This document shows positions 22,541 to 34,900 of a stretch of 45,589 nt of DNA, piece by piece (within the stretch, counting starts at the first letter, position 1; each line of letters starts with the position of its first letter). The notes below the pieces were generated by a model. The model was not told where the DNA came from. It was given only the letters and a program-made list of their open reading frames with translations, and did not search any database. This DNA comes from Octopus bimaculoides (taxonomy: Eukaryota), in assembly GCF_001194135.2 (NCBI RefSeq), contig NC_068982.1:130678808-130724396 (forward strand), read 5' to 3'. A program made the translations under genes and the position numbers.

Positions 22541-23621
22541 GGTTAGTGGTGCGTAAAAGTGCTGATGCCCTTTGAGAAAGCCTTCACATCAACTGGCTGG
22601 TCTTTTCTGAAGGCCGTTTAACTTTGGAAGTATGAATAACCAACATAAATCTCTAGCCTGAGACTGCCATCAGATGGGGTGAATTGATGGTTCGAGATAA
22701 ACTTGAGATAAATTCTTCAGACACGGTAGTTCTGTCAATCGGGTTCATCCAAAGGGTGCGTAAAGTGGAGAAACTGCTCTGCATACAACAGCTCAGCGCC
22801 TGTGCCTTCTGACCTGTGGAGTTTTTGCCGAACAACAATTGTCAGGCATAAGATGAATTCAGCTATCGGTGAAGCTCTTGCTGATTTTTCAAGCTTCATT
22901 TAGAAAGGAAGTTGAATATGCAGAAGGGGATGCTACCTCCAAGCAAATTTATTTTAAGATGGGTGAGAGCGTCGAAAATAGCTCGAATTACTTGACCTAC
23001 TCTCCGCCTGAATCTGTACCCGTGTTAGTCATTGTAATCCTTGGCATAAGTTTTTTTCTTTTTATGTGTATTGATCCTTATGTGACATTACCATATCTTA
23101 TATACTGAGAATGTTTTCGTTTTTCATTTCATTTCATTTGGTTATAATGTAAATCTCTCTCTGTCTCCCCCTCCCTCCTCCCTCTCTCTCTATAGACACA
23201 CGCGCACATTATTTTCGTAATCTGTCCGTGTAATGCTCTTTCTTCGGCCATGTTCGTGGAAAGAAGAAAAAGGTTTTTTTCACTTGTTGTTGTTGTTGTT
23301 GTTTTAATTCTCAGAGCGCTGGGTCTTGTTTACTTTGGTTGATTCTGCGAGAGCGGACAGCAGCCTGTTGTCAGAAGTCACAGAGGGTCCTTTTTCACAC
23401 GTTAAAAACTTTGATAATTGGTTGTTAATTATCGTGGAATACATTTAACATCCTAGTATCAATCTCGAAATCCTAGCTGTCCTCAGCAGAGCAATTGTTT
23501 TAGACTTGCTCTGCTCTTATATCAATTCCGATTTCTTTGACATATTTCTCGAACTTGATTGTTAGTGCTCCGAGTGCCCCTACAAGTATTGGGATGACAG
23601 GCACTCTCTTCATAGTCCACA

Positions 23622-23682
<61 letters not shown>

Positions 23683-23717
23683 GTTGTTGTTGTTGTTGTT
23701 TCTGTTGTTGTTATTAT
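23622..23717. repeat. (ATT)n grading into (GTT)n
   Basis: Read directly; lies immediately 5' of a SINE. Confidence 0.95.
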
Positions 23718-23918
23718 TAAGGCGGCAAGTTGACAGATCCGTTATCTCGCCGGGCGAAATGCTTAGCGGAGTTTCGCCCGTCGCTACGCTTTGAGTTGAA
23801 ATTCCACTGAGGTCGGCTTTTGGGGGTCTATAAATCAGTGAAACACTGGGGTAAATGTAAAGGGCAAGTGCCCTCCCACAAAATTTCAGTCCTTGTGCCT
23901 ATCGTAGAAAGGATCTTA
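23718..23918 (+). mobile_element. tRNA-derived SINE (family C)
   Basis: AAGGCGGCAAGTTGACAG...CCGGGCGAAATGCTTAGCGG...GAGTTGAAATTCC...CCTTGTGCCTATCGTAGAAAGGAT. Confidence 0.85.
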
Positions 23919-23999
23919 TAATAATTCTGTTTTTCATTCCCTTGCTTAACCCGTCGGTAACGCATTCACGTGATTAGAGAAAAAGTGGTTGAAAGAAAA

Positions 24000-24400
24000 G
24001 AAGGAGAGAGAAGCGCCCATGACGTGAGGTAGAGGAAATGTAATTGTAACGCTTTCACGTTTTTAGTTGAAGGAAAGGAGAGGAGAAAGAAAAAGGAGAG
24101 AGATAAAGAGGATAAAGCGAAGAGTGAGACAGAAAGAGGGAGAAAGAAAAAGTGGGAGAGAGAAAAAGAAGGAGAGAGAAAAAGAGGGAGAGAGAGGTAG
24201 TGGGAATGTAATATTTATTACGTGGTTGAAATGTTAGCTGAAGGTAGTGATGATGTAGCAGAGGAGAATTTAAAATATAATTTTAGCAGAGGGGTGGGAG
24301 AGAGAGAGATAGGGAGAGAGCTGATGATGACAGTGGTGGTGGAAATGGAGGTTGATGTGGTAGTAGTGGTGAAGGTGGCAGCGGTGATTGGATAGTGAAA
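24000..24400. repeat. GA-rich and GGT-rich low-complexity tract
   Basis: Read directly. Confidence 0.85.
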
Positions 24401-25067
24401 GGTGTATTTTTAAAAATTAAACTAAACCTATCACTTAACGCATGCGCATAATTGTAATTCTGTGAAATATTCACGTTTATATACGTGGCAGACATACGCA
24501 ATTTAACTAAAGGTTGTATTATATGTAGGTAATTTTTTTTTCTTTATGGGGAAAATGGAAAAATAAGGGTGAATATTTATTTTTATGAGTGCTGTGTATT
24601 AAGTCTACAAAATTGTGCATAAAATGTATAAAGTGTATATATAAAATGCATTAAGTAATCATCGTATTCCATTTTCTTTCACCATCCAATGAGTAGCAGA
24701 TGAGCTACTATCTTTCCGTACAGACAACACAAGCTACGCTTTCAGATTTTTTGAATAGAGTTTTCAGTAATGACCCAATAAGTTTACCATTCATTCTGCG
24801 AAATATTCACGGCTGCCGCTTGTTTATTATTATTATTGTAATCAATAGATACATTTATTCGATCTCAAGCAAAAGCAAAATCATTGTCCTCTTTGTGACT
24901 TCATTGCAATATCCATACCAGGGCTCAAATTACATTCACGCATCCATCGATAATAGATGCAGCTTCTTTATTTTTAATCGTTTCTTTTTTCTTTGAATCC
25001 TTTCTTTCAAACATACGTCGAAATCGACGGGAATGACCATCATTATTATTATTACTATTATCGTTAA

Positions 25068-25282
25068 GGTGCCGAGCTGGCAAAATCGTTAGCTCACCGG
25101 ACAGAATGCTTAGAGGTATTTCGTCCGTTTTTATGATCTGTGTTCAAATTCGACTGAGGTTGACCTTACCATTCATCATTTCGAGTTGCCCAGTTCACCA
25201 TTTGCCAGTTGAGTACTGATTTCGATACAATCGACTTAACACCCATCTCAAAATTGCTGACCTCGTGCCAAAATTTGATATA
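25068..25282 (+). mobile_element. tRNA-derived SINE (family C) flanked by a 20-bp direct repeat
   Basis: GGTGCCGAGCTGGCAAAATCGTTAG...GTTCAAATTCGACTGAGG...; ATTATTACTATTATCGTTAA occurs at 25048-25067 and 25283-25302. Confidence 0.85.
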
Positions 25283-26389
25283 ATTATTACTATTATCGTT
25301 AATACGTCGTAGAAAATGCTTCGCGAGTTCTAATTCTGCCGAGGTGTCAGAGTTTTGAATTCATTTCTATTATTATGCTACTTTTTGTTTCTCCTATTTC
25401 AGCGTGAACGGATGTCTACGATAAATGCTGATTGTAATCTAATGAAACATTGCCAATTTATTTATTTTCTCTATAGTTAAAACAATAGACTACTTCCAGT
25501 GAAGATTTCTTTGAATTATGTCTGAAGTGTTTTAGTTAAAGATGGAATATTAAGAAACATCTGTGTTATTTCCTTTAGCCTTAATTGATGTCATGATTTC
25601 TGAGGTGCTGAAATGTACCAGCTAATTTTTGAGTACTCAAAAGCATTATCTTAGCAGCCTTCTTCATTTCCTTGATATTCCTTTGGGAGTCGAAACAATA
25701 GCACTTCCTCAAGTAGTAATACACAAAACCTTTAAAAGATGTGTTAAAACTGTGAGTAGGCAAAATCATCAAGCATGCTACAGAGTGCAGTTGCTTTTGT
25801 CTTTAAGTATATCTGTCAATATTTATATAAAACCTCTTCAGATTATTTTATCACGTTTTCTTATCTATAAACGGTGAATTTGTGTATTTACATCATAAAT
25901 TTATATAAATGACTAACGATGGCAAATTATTTTGACTTCATTTAATAGTATGAGTCAGGAAAGAGAATGTTTCTAAGGACTACACGAAGACACCCTAGAA
26001 TATTAAGAACATAAGATTAAGTTCTATAAACTGGTTATTTATCCATTACTATGTATAGTATGACTAGTTACTGGAAAATATATACCTCATAGGGATAAAT
26101 GAAATATTTATAATACTTGAAATATTAACTGTTAAAGAGGCGTCTGTATAAATACACAGAGCATACATTTCAACGTGATAATTACGAAATATTTCAACAA
26201 GACTTGATAATAGTGACATTAGTAGTTAATGAAATTCTGTCAAACTGTGTATGCTGTTAAGGAATCTAACATCATATAAACTAATGTTTATATCATTACA
26301 TAAAATATTGTTTCTTGTGATAATTTAGCTAAAAGAAGCCAAATATATAAGTTAAAAGAAACATTTAATTGCAAACGTATGTATATAAT

Positions 26390-26495
26390 ATATGTATGTA
26401 TGTATGTTTGTATGTATGTATGTATGTATGTATGTATGTATGTATGTATGTATGTATGTATGTATGTATGTATGTATGTATGTATGTATGTATGT
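26390..26495. repeat. (TATG)n microsatellite
   Basis: Read directly. Confidence 0.95.
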
Positions 26496-27150
26496 GTGTT
26501 CCTGTGTGTATTCATGTATGTATGTATGTATATTATTAACAACAAGTATTTGCTGTTCGTTATTAGGTATAAAAGAATAAATGCTATATATAACATTTCC
26601 ATCTAAAAATAATGTGATTTCCAGCATCCTCGGCTAAAAAATTAGAACAACTTAGCAATTTCCACCGCAAATATTTTCTTGTACGCCAGTTACGAACATA
26701 GAATTCTGTTTAATTTGATAGTTGAATATTCATACTTTTAGCAGTATACGAAGGTAGAGTTGTTGGCTTTATCTATTTGGTGTTTTAAGTAAAATTTGAT
26801 ACACTGTGTTTAGTATTGGCAGTGACCAAACTGTTCTGAATGTATGGCTTGCGACGGAACAGCGCTATATGCAGTTGTTCAGTATCTGACTGTTTTGTCG
26901 TATCGGACTAATGCTTTGCTACGTATAAGACAAATCCGGTTATTGGCCGAATCATCTGCGAGTTTCATCCCAGTACTTTACCTTGGTCAGGAAGAATAGG
27001 CGGTTTTCGCCTGCTTGGTAGCTAAATAGAAAAAGTCGTGTACTGAAGTCTATTGAAAAGACTTAAGGCAAACACTTTTCTCTTGAGTCAAGCTCTCATC
27101 GACTTAGTATAAAACAAGCAAATAAAGTATTCAATCATCTCGCTTCTCTC

Positions 27151-27193
<43 letters not shown>

Positions 27194-28079
27194 NNNNNNN
27201 NNNNNNNNNNNNNNNNNNNNNNNNNNNNNNNNNNNNNNNNNNNNNNNNNNNNNNNNNNNNNNNNNNNNNNNNNNNNNNNNNNNNNNNNNNNNNNNNNNNN
27301 NNNNNNNNNNNNNNNNNNNNNNNNNNNNNNNNNNNNNNNNNNNNNNNNNNNNNNNNNNNNNNNNNNNNNNNNNNNNNNNNNNNNNNNNNNNNNNNNNNNN
27401 NNNNNNNNNNNNNNNNNNNNNNNNNNNNNNNNNNNNNNNNNNNNNNNNNNNNNNNNNNNNNNNNNNNNNNNNNNNNNNNNNNNNNNNNNNNNNNNNNNNN
27501 NNNNNNNNNNNNNNNNNNNNNNNNNNNNNNNNNNNNNNNNNNNNNNNNNNNNNNNNNNNNNNNNNNNNNNNNNNNNNNNNNNNNNNNNNNNNNNNNNNNN
27601 NNNNNNNNNNNNNNNNNNNNNNNNNNNNNNNNNNNNNNNNNNNNNNNNNNNNNNNNNNNNNNNNNNNNNNNNNNNNNNNNNNNNNNNNNNNNNNNNNNNC
27701 TCTTCTCCCCCTCTCTCTTCTCCCCCTCTCTCTTCTCCCCCTCTCTCTTATCTCTCCCTTCTCTTCCTCTCTCTTCCTTTCTCCCCACTTCTCTCTCCTT
27801 TTTTTCCCGTCTCTCCCTCTCTTTCCACCAACCCTTTCTCCCCGCTCTCTCTATGCAGCGCATGTGAGTGTGTGTACATTTCTGTCACCTTATGCATATA
27901 TCTACATGTGAGAGTTGCAGTCTCACCAGAATGGTTTACCAAGAATAAGTCAACTAGTTCAATAAGCACGCGTGCGCACCCACACAATCATACAAACAGA
28001 CTCACACCCAAAGACACATACTAATTCATACAAAGATACAAACATACACGTGCTGTGTAATAATACTGCAAAGGCTCGT

Positions 28080-28870
28080 GTGGCAAAGAAGATTAATTAC
28101 TGATCAGTAAATCATAAATACTGAAGAAGGCAGAAGGGTCTGAACATGGCATGGATTAACTGGCATAAGACTGAAAATTATGCAAAACAACTAATTTTAC
28201 TTAAAAAAGATGACCTGCCACAAACTAATAAAAGAAATATAATAGACACTTCCACATAGAAAACACTTAAGAATGCACAAAAGAATATGCACAGACGACC
28301 AAACAATAAGACTCCAAAACCCAGGGAAATACTATAGAGACCATAACCCAATTACAAATAAGGCATTAAAGCAAATCAAGATCATACAAAGAAGAGGGGA
28401 TTAAAATCCAGAATGATGGTGAGGACAATAGACGTCTCCACGGTAACATAACAAAAGTACACCCTCAAGACAACATTTCACAACAAACAAAATACTGATT
28501 TAACATTGAGTACGACTGCATAGAAACAATATTCAAAAATAGAGGAAATTTTATAGCTTGAATCAAGGTGAACACCTATCCAAGTTTATCACGAACAAAT
28601 AACACCACGAAAAAGTGAATAAGTGTAGCATGACATTGCAAGAAATTAAATGCACTGGAACAAATTACTCAAAAATAAACAGACTAAATAATCTGATCTA
28701 TAAAGTAGTAGAGGTAGTATACGGAAAACTAGGCTGGCTCTTTTGTACTCCACAGCAAAAAATTAAATGGAAAGAAAATTTACAACAAAAAATTGAAAAA
28801 TAGCAAGACTGAGATGATGAAGGATCTAAAACGAAAGAAAAAAAAACACGGAATTACGAAAAGTACATCA
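28080..28870 (+). mobile_element. Probable decayed R4/Dong-like non-LTR retrotransposon, N-terminal region
   Basis: A-rich coding-like strand; fragments RMHK, KQIKIIQRRG and INRLNNLIYKVVEVVYGKLG...KWKENLQQKI resemble the region upstream of RT in R4/Dong ORFs (N.LIY....V...LG...W...L..KI). Recognition from memory only; many stops. Confidence 0.4.
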
Positions 28871-29261
28871 ATAAAAAATAAGGAAAAGTTAAACTCATCA
28901 TATCAGTGAAACTATTCAGAATACGCTACTTCAAATATAGTGAAGCGCTTCTTTCATAAGAAAACATTTCGATCAATTATATATATAAAAAAAAAAACAG
29001 TTGTTAGCGTGAGTGGTGACCGAATCCACGCAGACAGATGTCCATTGGAAATTTAGTCCAATGTCTTAAACGCTCAGTAATGGGGTGGTTTATATATTAG
29101 CACTGGCTTCTTACTCGAATACAGGATTTAGTAAATTAAGTACCAATGAGAGTCGAAAAGATAATCTTTGCCAACAAATTCCGTCACACAATTTGTCTGG
29201 CACTCTGCCGATTTCATCGATCCACCACATTTAAAAAAATTTAATATGAACGCATAAAAAG

Positions 29262-29345
29262 TTGATGGGTTGGTTGAAGTGGTAGAGCGTTGTGGAATGT
29301 ATTTTCCGTCCTTTACTCTCTGTGTTCAAATCCCACCAAGTTCAT
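29262..29345 (+). mobile_element. Degenerate SINE head, family C-like
   Basis: TGGTTGAAGTGGTAGAGCG (box A-like) ... TGTGTTCAAATCCCACC (box B-like). Confidence 0.55.
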
Positions 29346-30631
29346 CTGTGTCTTGCATGCTTACAAATAGTAATTCAATGTAATGACAACTCCCTTCGTT
29401 CGATGCCTGTGGTCTATTACTATTAATGAACATGACAATAGTGGTCAAAAACGATAGTGTGGCTTCTAATAATTAAATAATAATGAATTAAATCTTTACG
29501 TTTTGAGTTGAAATCCCATCAAAGATTCTCGTAGCTATTCTTCCTTCGGGAGTCTATAAATTTGAAACCAGTTAAATAATAAGAGTCGAACTGATTGAGT
29601 CTGTCCTCCTTTAAAAATGTGGAGTCTTTTTACGATATTAGGAATCGGTATTAATTCCAAAATTTGTTACAAATGAATAATAAGGTTTTGCCATATGGTT
29701 ATCTCCCTGAATGACATTAAAAACGTACGTTAAATTAAAGTGTCCGCAATTGTGATTCGCAAATGACACACGCAAACAACGCCCACAAGGAATGTAATCC
29801 TACTATGACGCTGTAATCTTTAAGCAAACTTAGAAAGAAAGTTGCGACCAGCATCAATTAGAAATAACGAAATATCAACAATGCCTAGATTATTATGAAA
29901 ATATTAGAAATCTTTATCACAGCCTTTAAACAATATAGTGACTAAAGCGTAGTTTTGTAAACTGGTGCAGTCGTGAGCCACATTCATACCATAGTCATCT
30001 GTATTGATGGAAATACAGACGTCTATTTACGATAGCGATCGCTTTTACGGACAATTATGTCGCCTGTGTACAATCAGGAAATTTGATAGAAAAGACAATG
30101 ATAGCCTGTTCAGTCATGGTAACACAGACTAACAACTCATTCGTCTTATATATCATTGTGAAATAAAATACCAATACCATAAGTTAAAATGACCAGAGTA
30201 ACCTACAACCGTGGGAAACCTCCAAATATCAGTAACCGTATTGGTAATTCACATCAGAATAGAATCTTAAAATTAAAAAAAAGTACGAAAATAAACCCGT
30301 TTTCTTCTCTATTTAATATTCTCATTCATACACATTAGTTAGTTTTTAGTTAGTGTTTATCAAGGAAGTAGACATCTATTCTTTAAACAATGCAAAGTTT
30401 TTCTTTGTTGGCCGTCAAAGCTATGTAATAAAAGAGCAGTCCGTAAATTGCTAAATGATATATTATACGAATATTAGTTACTGCTAGGTCATTTTCAAAA
30501 GCCCATGCAAACTTCGTTAAACATGTTCAGACATAAAGCATCTTCCTGTACAACATAATGCTAAATCAGTTAGGTATGTGAACACACTACTACACGCTAT
30601 TGGTTATATGTTATAATCTTTATGCAATAGG

Positions 30632-30671
<40 letters not shown>

Positions 30672-30674
<3 letters not shown>

Positions 30675-30914
30675 AAGACCAGCAGTCGCTCATGCATACC
30701 AGATTCCCCTCTTCCCACCACCGATGTCATCCAAGGGAAAGGCAAAGGCCGATACAGCTTGGCACCAATGACGTCGCTACTCATTTCTACAGCTGAATGA
30801 ACTGGAGCAACGTGAAATAATGTGTCTTGCTCACGAACAAAACATGCAGCCCGGTCCGGGAATCGAACTCACAACCTCACAATCATAAGCTCGACGCTCT
30901 AACCACTGAGTCAT
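30672..30914 (-). mobile_element. tRNA-derived SINE (family B)
   Basis: Minus-strand head ACTCAGTGGTTAGAGCG ... GAGTTCGATTCCCGGACCGGG (clear box A/B); body shared with 6105-6469. Confidence 0.85.
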
Positions 30915-32189
30915 GTATGTATGTATGTATGTATGTATGTATGTATGTATGCATGCATGTACATGCTTGTGTGTTCGTGTGTGTGTGCATGAGTGTATGT
31001 TTGTGTGTGCGTGCGTGTGTGTGCGTGAGCGCATGTGTATGTGAAGTTTGTGTTTCATTTTATTTTGTTTCTTATTAAAATTCCATCAGTGTATAAATGA
31101 TAAAGAAATAATGGCAAATAAGCATAAGTTATCAGCAGAGACCTTTGCCGAGTTCAAATGAGAAATCGCCGAACCGTCTTTAAACACCTCTTTGTACTCC
31201 TGTACTATGATAAAGAATTACTATGCATTGGCGTAATTTGTTTTGGCTATCAAAAGATTTGTATGCTCCCCGTAAGGTAGATTACTCTTACTTAGTTGAC
31301 GACATGCTCTCCAATTATAACAAGCTAAGCTGTAGCACGAGCATCGAAGTCCATTTTCTTTACAGTTCCTTAGATAATTTTCCAGAATAGTTTGATGATT
31401 TAAGCGAAGATTATGATGGTAAATCTCACACTAGAAAAATCTAAAAAAAGTGTAAATGACAGGTCATTTCATTTTTGATGCTTACTTTCAATGTTGCAGT
31501 TACAGTATATTTCAGTGTAAGAAACTTTTGTACTGATATAACCTGATTTAGTAATATGTGGTTACTTTAAAAGCATAATATAGCGTAAATATTGTTGTTA
31601 TTTTTGTATCAAAATAGCAGGCTATTAATTAATTAGAACTGGTAGATCAAAGTTACTACCATTATGGGAATGAACACTCTAAACATAACTAAAAATATGT
31701 CTAAATTTTATAGCACCAAAACGTGTTGATCAATATTACGAATGAATTTTATGTCGAGTTCCCATCTACATTGTAAACAAAATTTATTAATTTAATGGGA
31801 AGATAGTGAAGACAGTAAAAAACCCTTATCTATTCACGTGGACTATTTTTGTCGTAACCTGCGTCCTTTTATCATAGACTTTCCAGTAGGAATCTGGTTG
31901 GTGAAATCATTTTACAGAGAAATTTTTCCAGCATCATAGGGTTGCAGGAGCCGTAGATAGCAGAGTGACAAAGGAATCGATTAAAAAATCGAATGGTAGT
32001 CTATCATTAAAATTGCATTGTATTACATTGACCTAGATGGAAATACCACAAGCTGAGTCAGGGCACAGTAATGCAAACTTGGTTTGCTCTCTTTTGCATT
32101 TAAAAGCGAGTTCCACTTCTTTCACAAGAAAGCTAGGAGGAGAAGAATCGACAAAAAGAGTAGAGTTACAGCCAGTTTCTGATTATATA

Positions 32190-32233
<44 letters not shown>

Positions 32234-32824
32234 AACATACATACATAAATACATACATAAACACTCACAAACACGCATGCACACACACACACTCACATTC
32301 ACACACACACACACACACACACAAACACATATGTATGTGTGCATGTACGTACGTATAAGCACGCACACGTGCGCGCACACAGACACACGCGCGCATACGC
32401 ACGTGCACACGCACACACACTTGCGCGTGCGCACATTAGACAACACACACACGCCATATATGTATGTAAGTGAGTATAAACGTACATATAGGCACGCATA
32501 CACACTCATGTGTGCACACACATACAAACACACGCATACACACATATGTATGTATATATACAAATGAAATAAGCTGTTTGTCAGCTAGTCAATTGTAGCC
32601 GACAAACCAATTAGATCTGATTAATGATATCTTGATTTTTTTTGTTTTGTTTGGTTTTTTTTTTTGGTTTTTTTTTAACCAGAGATAAAATTATTCTGCT
32701 TTTCTGCCAGCGTGAACTCTAAATCATAGTGCTAAAGAAATCTTATTATTAGTTTAATTAATTTCCTTCTAGTTGTTCAATTCCCTATATATTTCTTAGT
32801 TGCTCTATTTGTTAACATATTTTT

Positions 32825-33235
32825 AAATATCCTGTATTTATCTTCTCCCAATTATAGCTACCACATAGTGTCAAACTAATAGAGGAGCTGGAGTCAATAT
32901 AACGCTGTTAAAGCTAGGAGATTGGCTCAGTGAAATAGATGAGCTACACGTTGAAGCTGAAAATTTCGGGGCTCAACTCTCTAGATAGAAGACGCGAAGG
33001 ATATGCTGTGATGTTACATAAGATTCTGGATGGTCTGGTACCTAACTTTAAGACTGAAATCTATACCAACTCCCGAGCTGGATGCCATTGCATGGTGCCA
33101 TTGCATGGTGCCATTGCATGGTGCCATTGCATGGTGCCATTGCATGGTGCCGAGATTTCCTTAATGCTCTATATTTGAAGTCGGGACCCAAAACTGTAGC
33201 AACTTGTGTTTTAGGGGTTCATAGCCACTCCTCCA
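32825..33235 (+). mobile_element. CR1/L2-clade LINE 3' ORF2 fragment
   Basis: PHSVKLIEELESI*R and MSYTLKLKISGLNSLDRRREGYAVMLHKILDGLVPNF match the CR1 C-terminal P....I..LE..QR and L.SL..RR motifs. Confidence 0.75.
33083..33151. repeat. Perfect 13-bp tandem repeat (TGCCATTGCATGG), 5.3 copies
   Basis: Five identical units start at 33083, 33096, 33109, 33122 and 33135, followed by TGCC. Confidence 0.97.
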
Positions 33236-33500
33236 AAATAACTATCTGAGATACCAGATGAACGCACATCATGAGAAGAAACGCAAATAAGGGTGAACTT
33301 GTCCAATTCACTGATTTATCAGAACCAGGTACTGAGGAAGAGTGTGAAAGTAGATTGAAATAAATTAGCAATCACACTATTAGTGATGCCTCAGCATGGT
33401 CACAACATCGAGATTAATCGAGTAGTAGTAAAAGTATTTCTCCGTTCCAATATATATATATGTATACATATATAGATACATATATATATATATATATATA

Positions 33501-33640
33501 ATTATTTTAAGTTCATCAAAAATCATGAGGCATTCTTTCGATTTGACTCGAAATATCATCACAAAGAACTCGGTAATTTCCGTGAGCACAAAACACTTGG
33601 ACCTTGAGTCACTCTGTTGGTTTGATGAACTTAAAATAAT
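33501..33640. repeat. Perfect 20-bp inverted repeat enclosing 100 bp
   Basis: ATTATTTTAAGTTCATCAAA (33501-33520) / TTTGATGAACTTAAAATAAT (33621-33640). Confidence 0.95.
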
Positions 33641-33844
33641 AATAAATTTATTTTACTACCTATTTTGAACACTTTCATGTAAACTGTTTACACAAAAAGC
33701 CCCACTTAACATTTTCTTATTATTGTCAAAGATTCTATTTTTAAACATTTTCTTATCATTATCAAAGACTGTATAACTGTATTTTAATACAATTATGATA
33801 ACCATTTTTTAACGCAACAAAGTTTATACAAAGCTTTACATTTT

Positions 33845-33886
33845 ACTTTTGATAATCTTTATTTGAAAAAGTGAAACCGGTCAAGT
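33845..33886 (+). ncRNA. Minimal type I hammerhead variant (U3-A8 core, palindromic stem III) in a Penelope-like tail
   Basis: ACUU [UUGAUAA 33849-33855] U CUUU auuugaa AAAG U [GAAA 33873-33876] CCGG [UC 33881-33882] AAGU, then C and AATAAA. Stem I is 4 bp; stem III is the palindrome ACCGGU; stem II is 4 bp with a U-U pair at its base. Confidence 0.6.
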
Positions 33887-33952
33887 CAATAAACATCTTT
33901 AAAAGAAGACCTCTGCATTTTCAAACCCTCTTTCCTATATATATTTATAATT

Positions 33953-33984
<32 letters not shown>

Positions 33985-34900
33985 CATTGGGTCATCCCAT
34001 AAGTAATGCGGTTTTTTTCAATTACATGAACTAAAAGTCGTAGGGAGACAAGATAAACTACCTGCATCAACTTGCTAAGAAAGCAGGTAGTAAATTTACC
34101 TTGTCTTTATTCTTAGCACAAGTTTTGAAGAGTGCAATTCGATTTTAACACTTATTTTTTCAAAACTATACTGGAAGTGACAAAGGATCATATTCGGAAT
34201 ATTTTGCTTTATGAGTTCAATAAAAGCAACGACGCAACGGAAAGTACGAAGAATATTAATGCAGTATATGAGAATCGGACAATAAGCATAAACCAGTCTC
34301 AACTGTGGTTCCAGAAATTCCGAGCCGGTAACTACAGCGTAGAAGACGAGCTTCATCCTGGAAGCTCTGAAGAGCTCGACGAGGACGTCCTACAAACCTA
34401 GTGGAACAAAATCCCATTGTAACTGTTTAGGAATTAGAAGAGAAGCTTGGGTTTGGTCATTCAGCCAGTCATTCAAGTAGGCACTAGAAGAAAAACGATC
34501 ATCTTTGGTTTCAAGATGAAATGTGTTCTTCCATCAGGATAATGCTCGGCTACATACAGCGAGGATGACATTCCAAAGGCTGGAGCAGTTTGAAGGGGAA
34601 ACGATGCCCCACCCATCATATTCTGCGGACGTTGCCCCCATCTGATTATCATTTATTCTGCAGTCTTCAAAATCATTTAGACGGAAAAAATATGAATTCT
34701 GTAGACGAGGTCAGAACAGTACTGGAGGAGTATTTTTCATCACAGACAAGTGAATTTTGGAAGAGTAGCCTTGCAAGTCTACCAGATAGATGGAAGAGCA
34801 TTGTAGAAAATGAAGGAGAGTACATTTTAGATTTAAAAAGAACCTTGTTTATCTTAATTTTAAAAAATAAAAGAAGTATACAAGAAACCGTATTATTTAT
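33985..34900 (+). mobile_element. Internally deleted mariner transposon; right end runs into an N gap
   Basis: Left TIR TTGGGTCATCCCATAAGTAATGCGGTTTTT; partial right TIR at 34882-34900 (16/19 match). Transposase pieces HIRNILLYEFNK, WFQKFRAGNYSVEDE, HQDNA and SDYHLFCSLQNHLDGK...LPDRWKSIVENEGEYI. The WVPHEL and first catalytic Asp region is absent. Confidence 0.92.
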
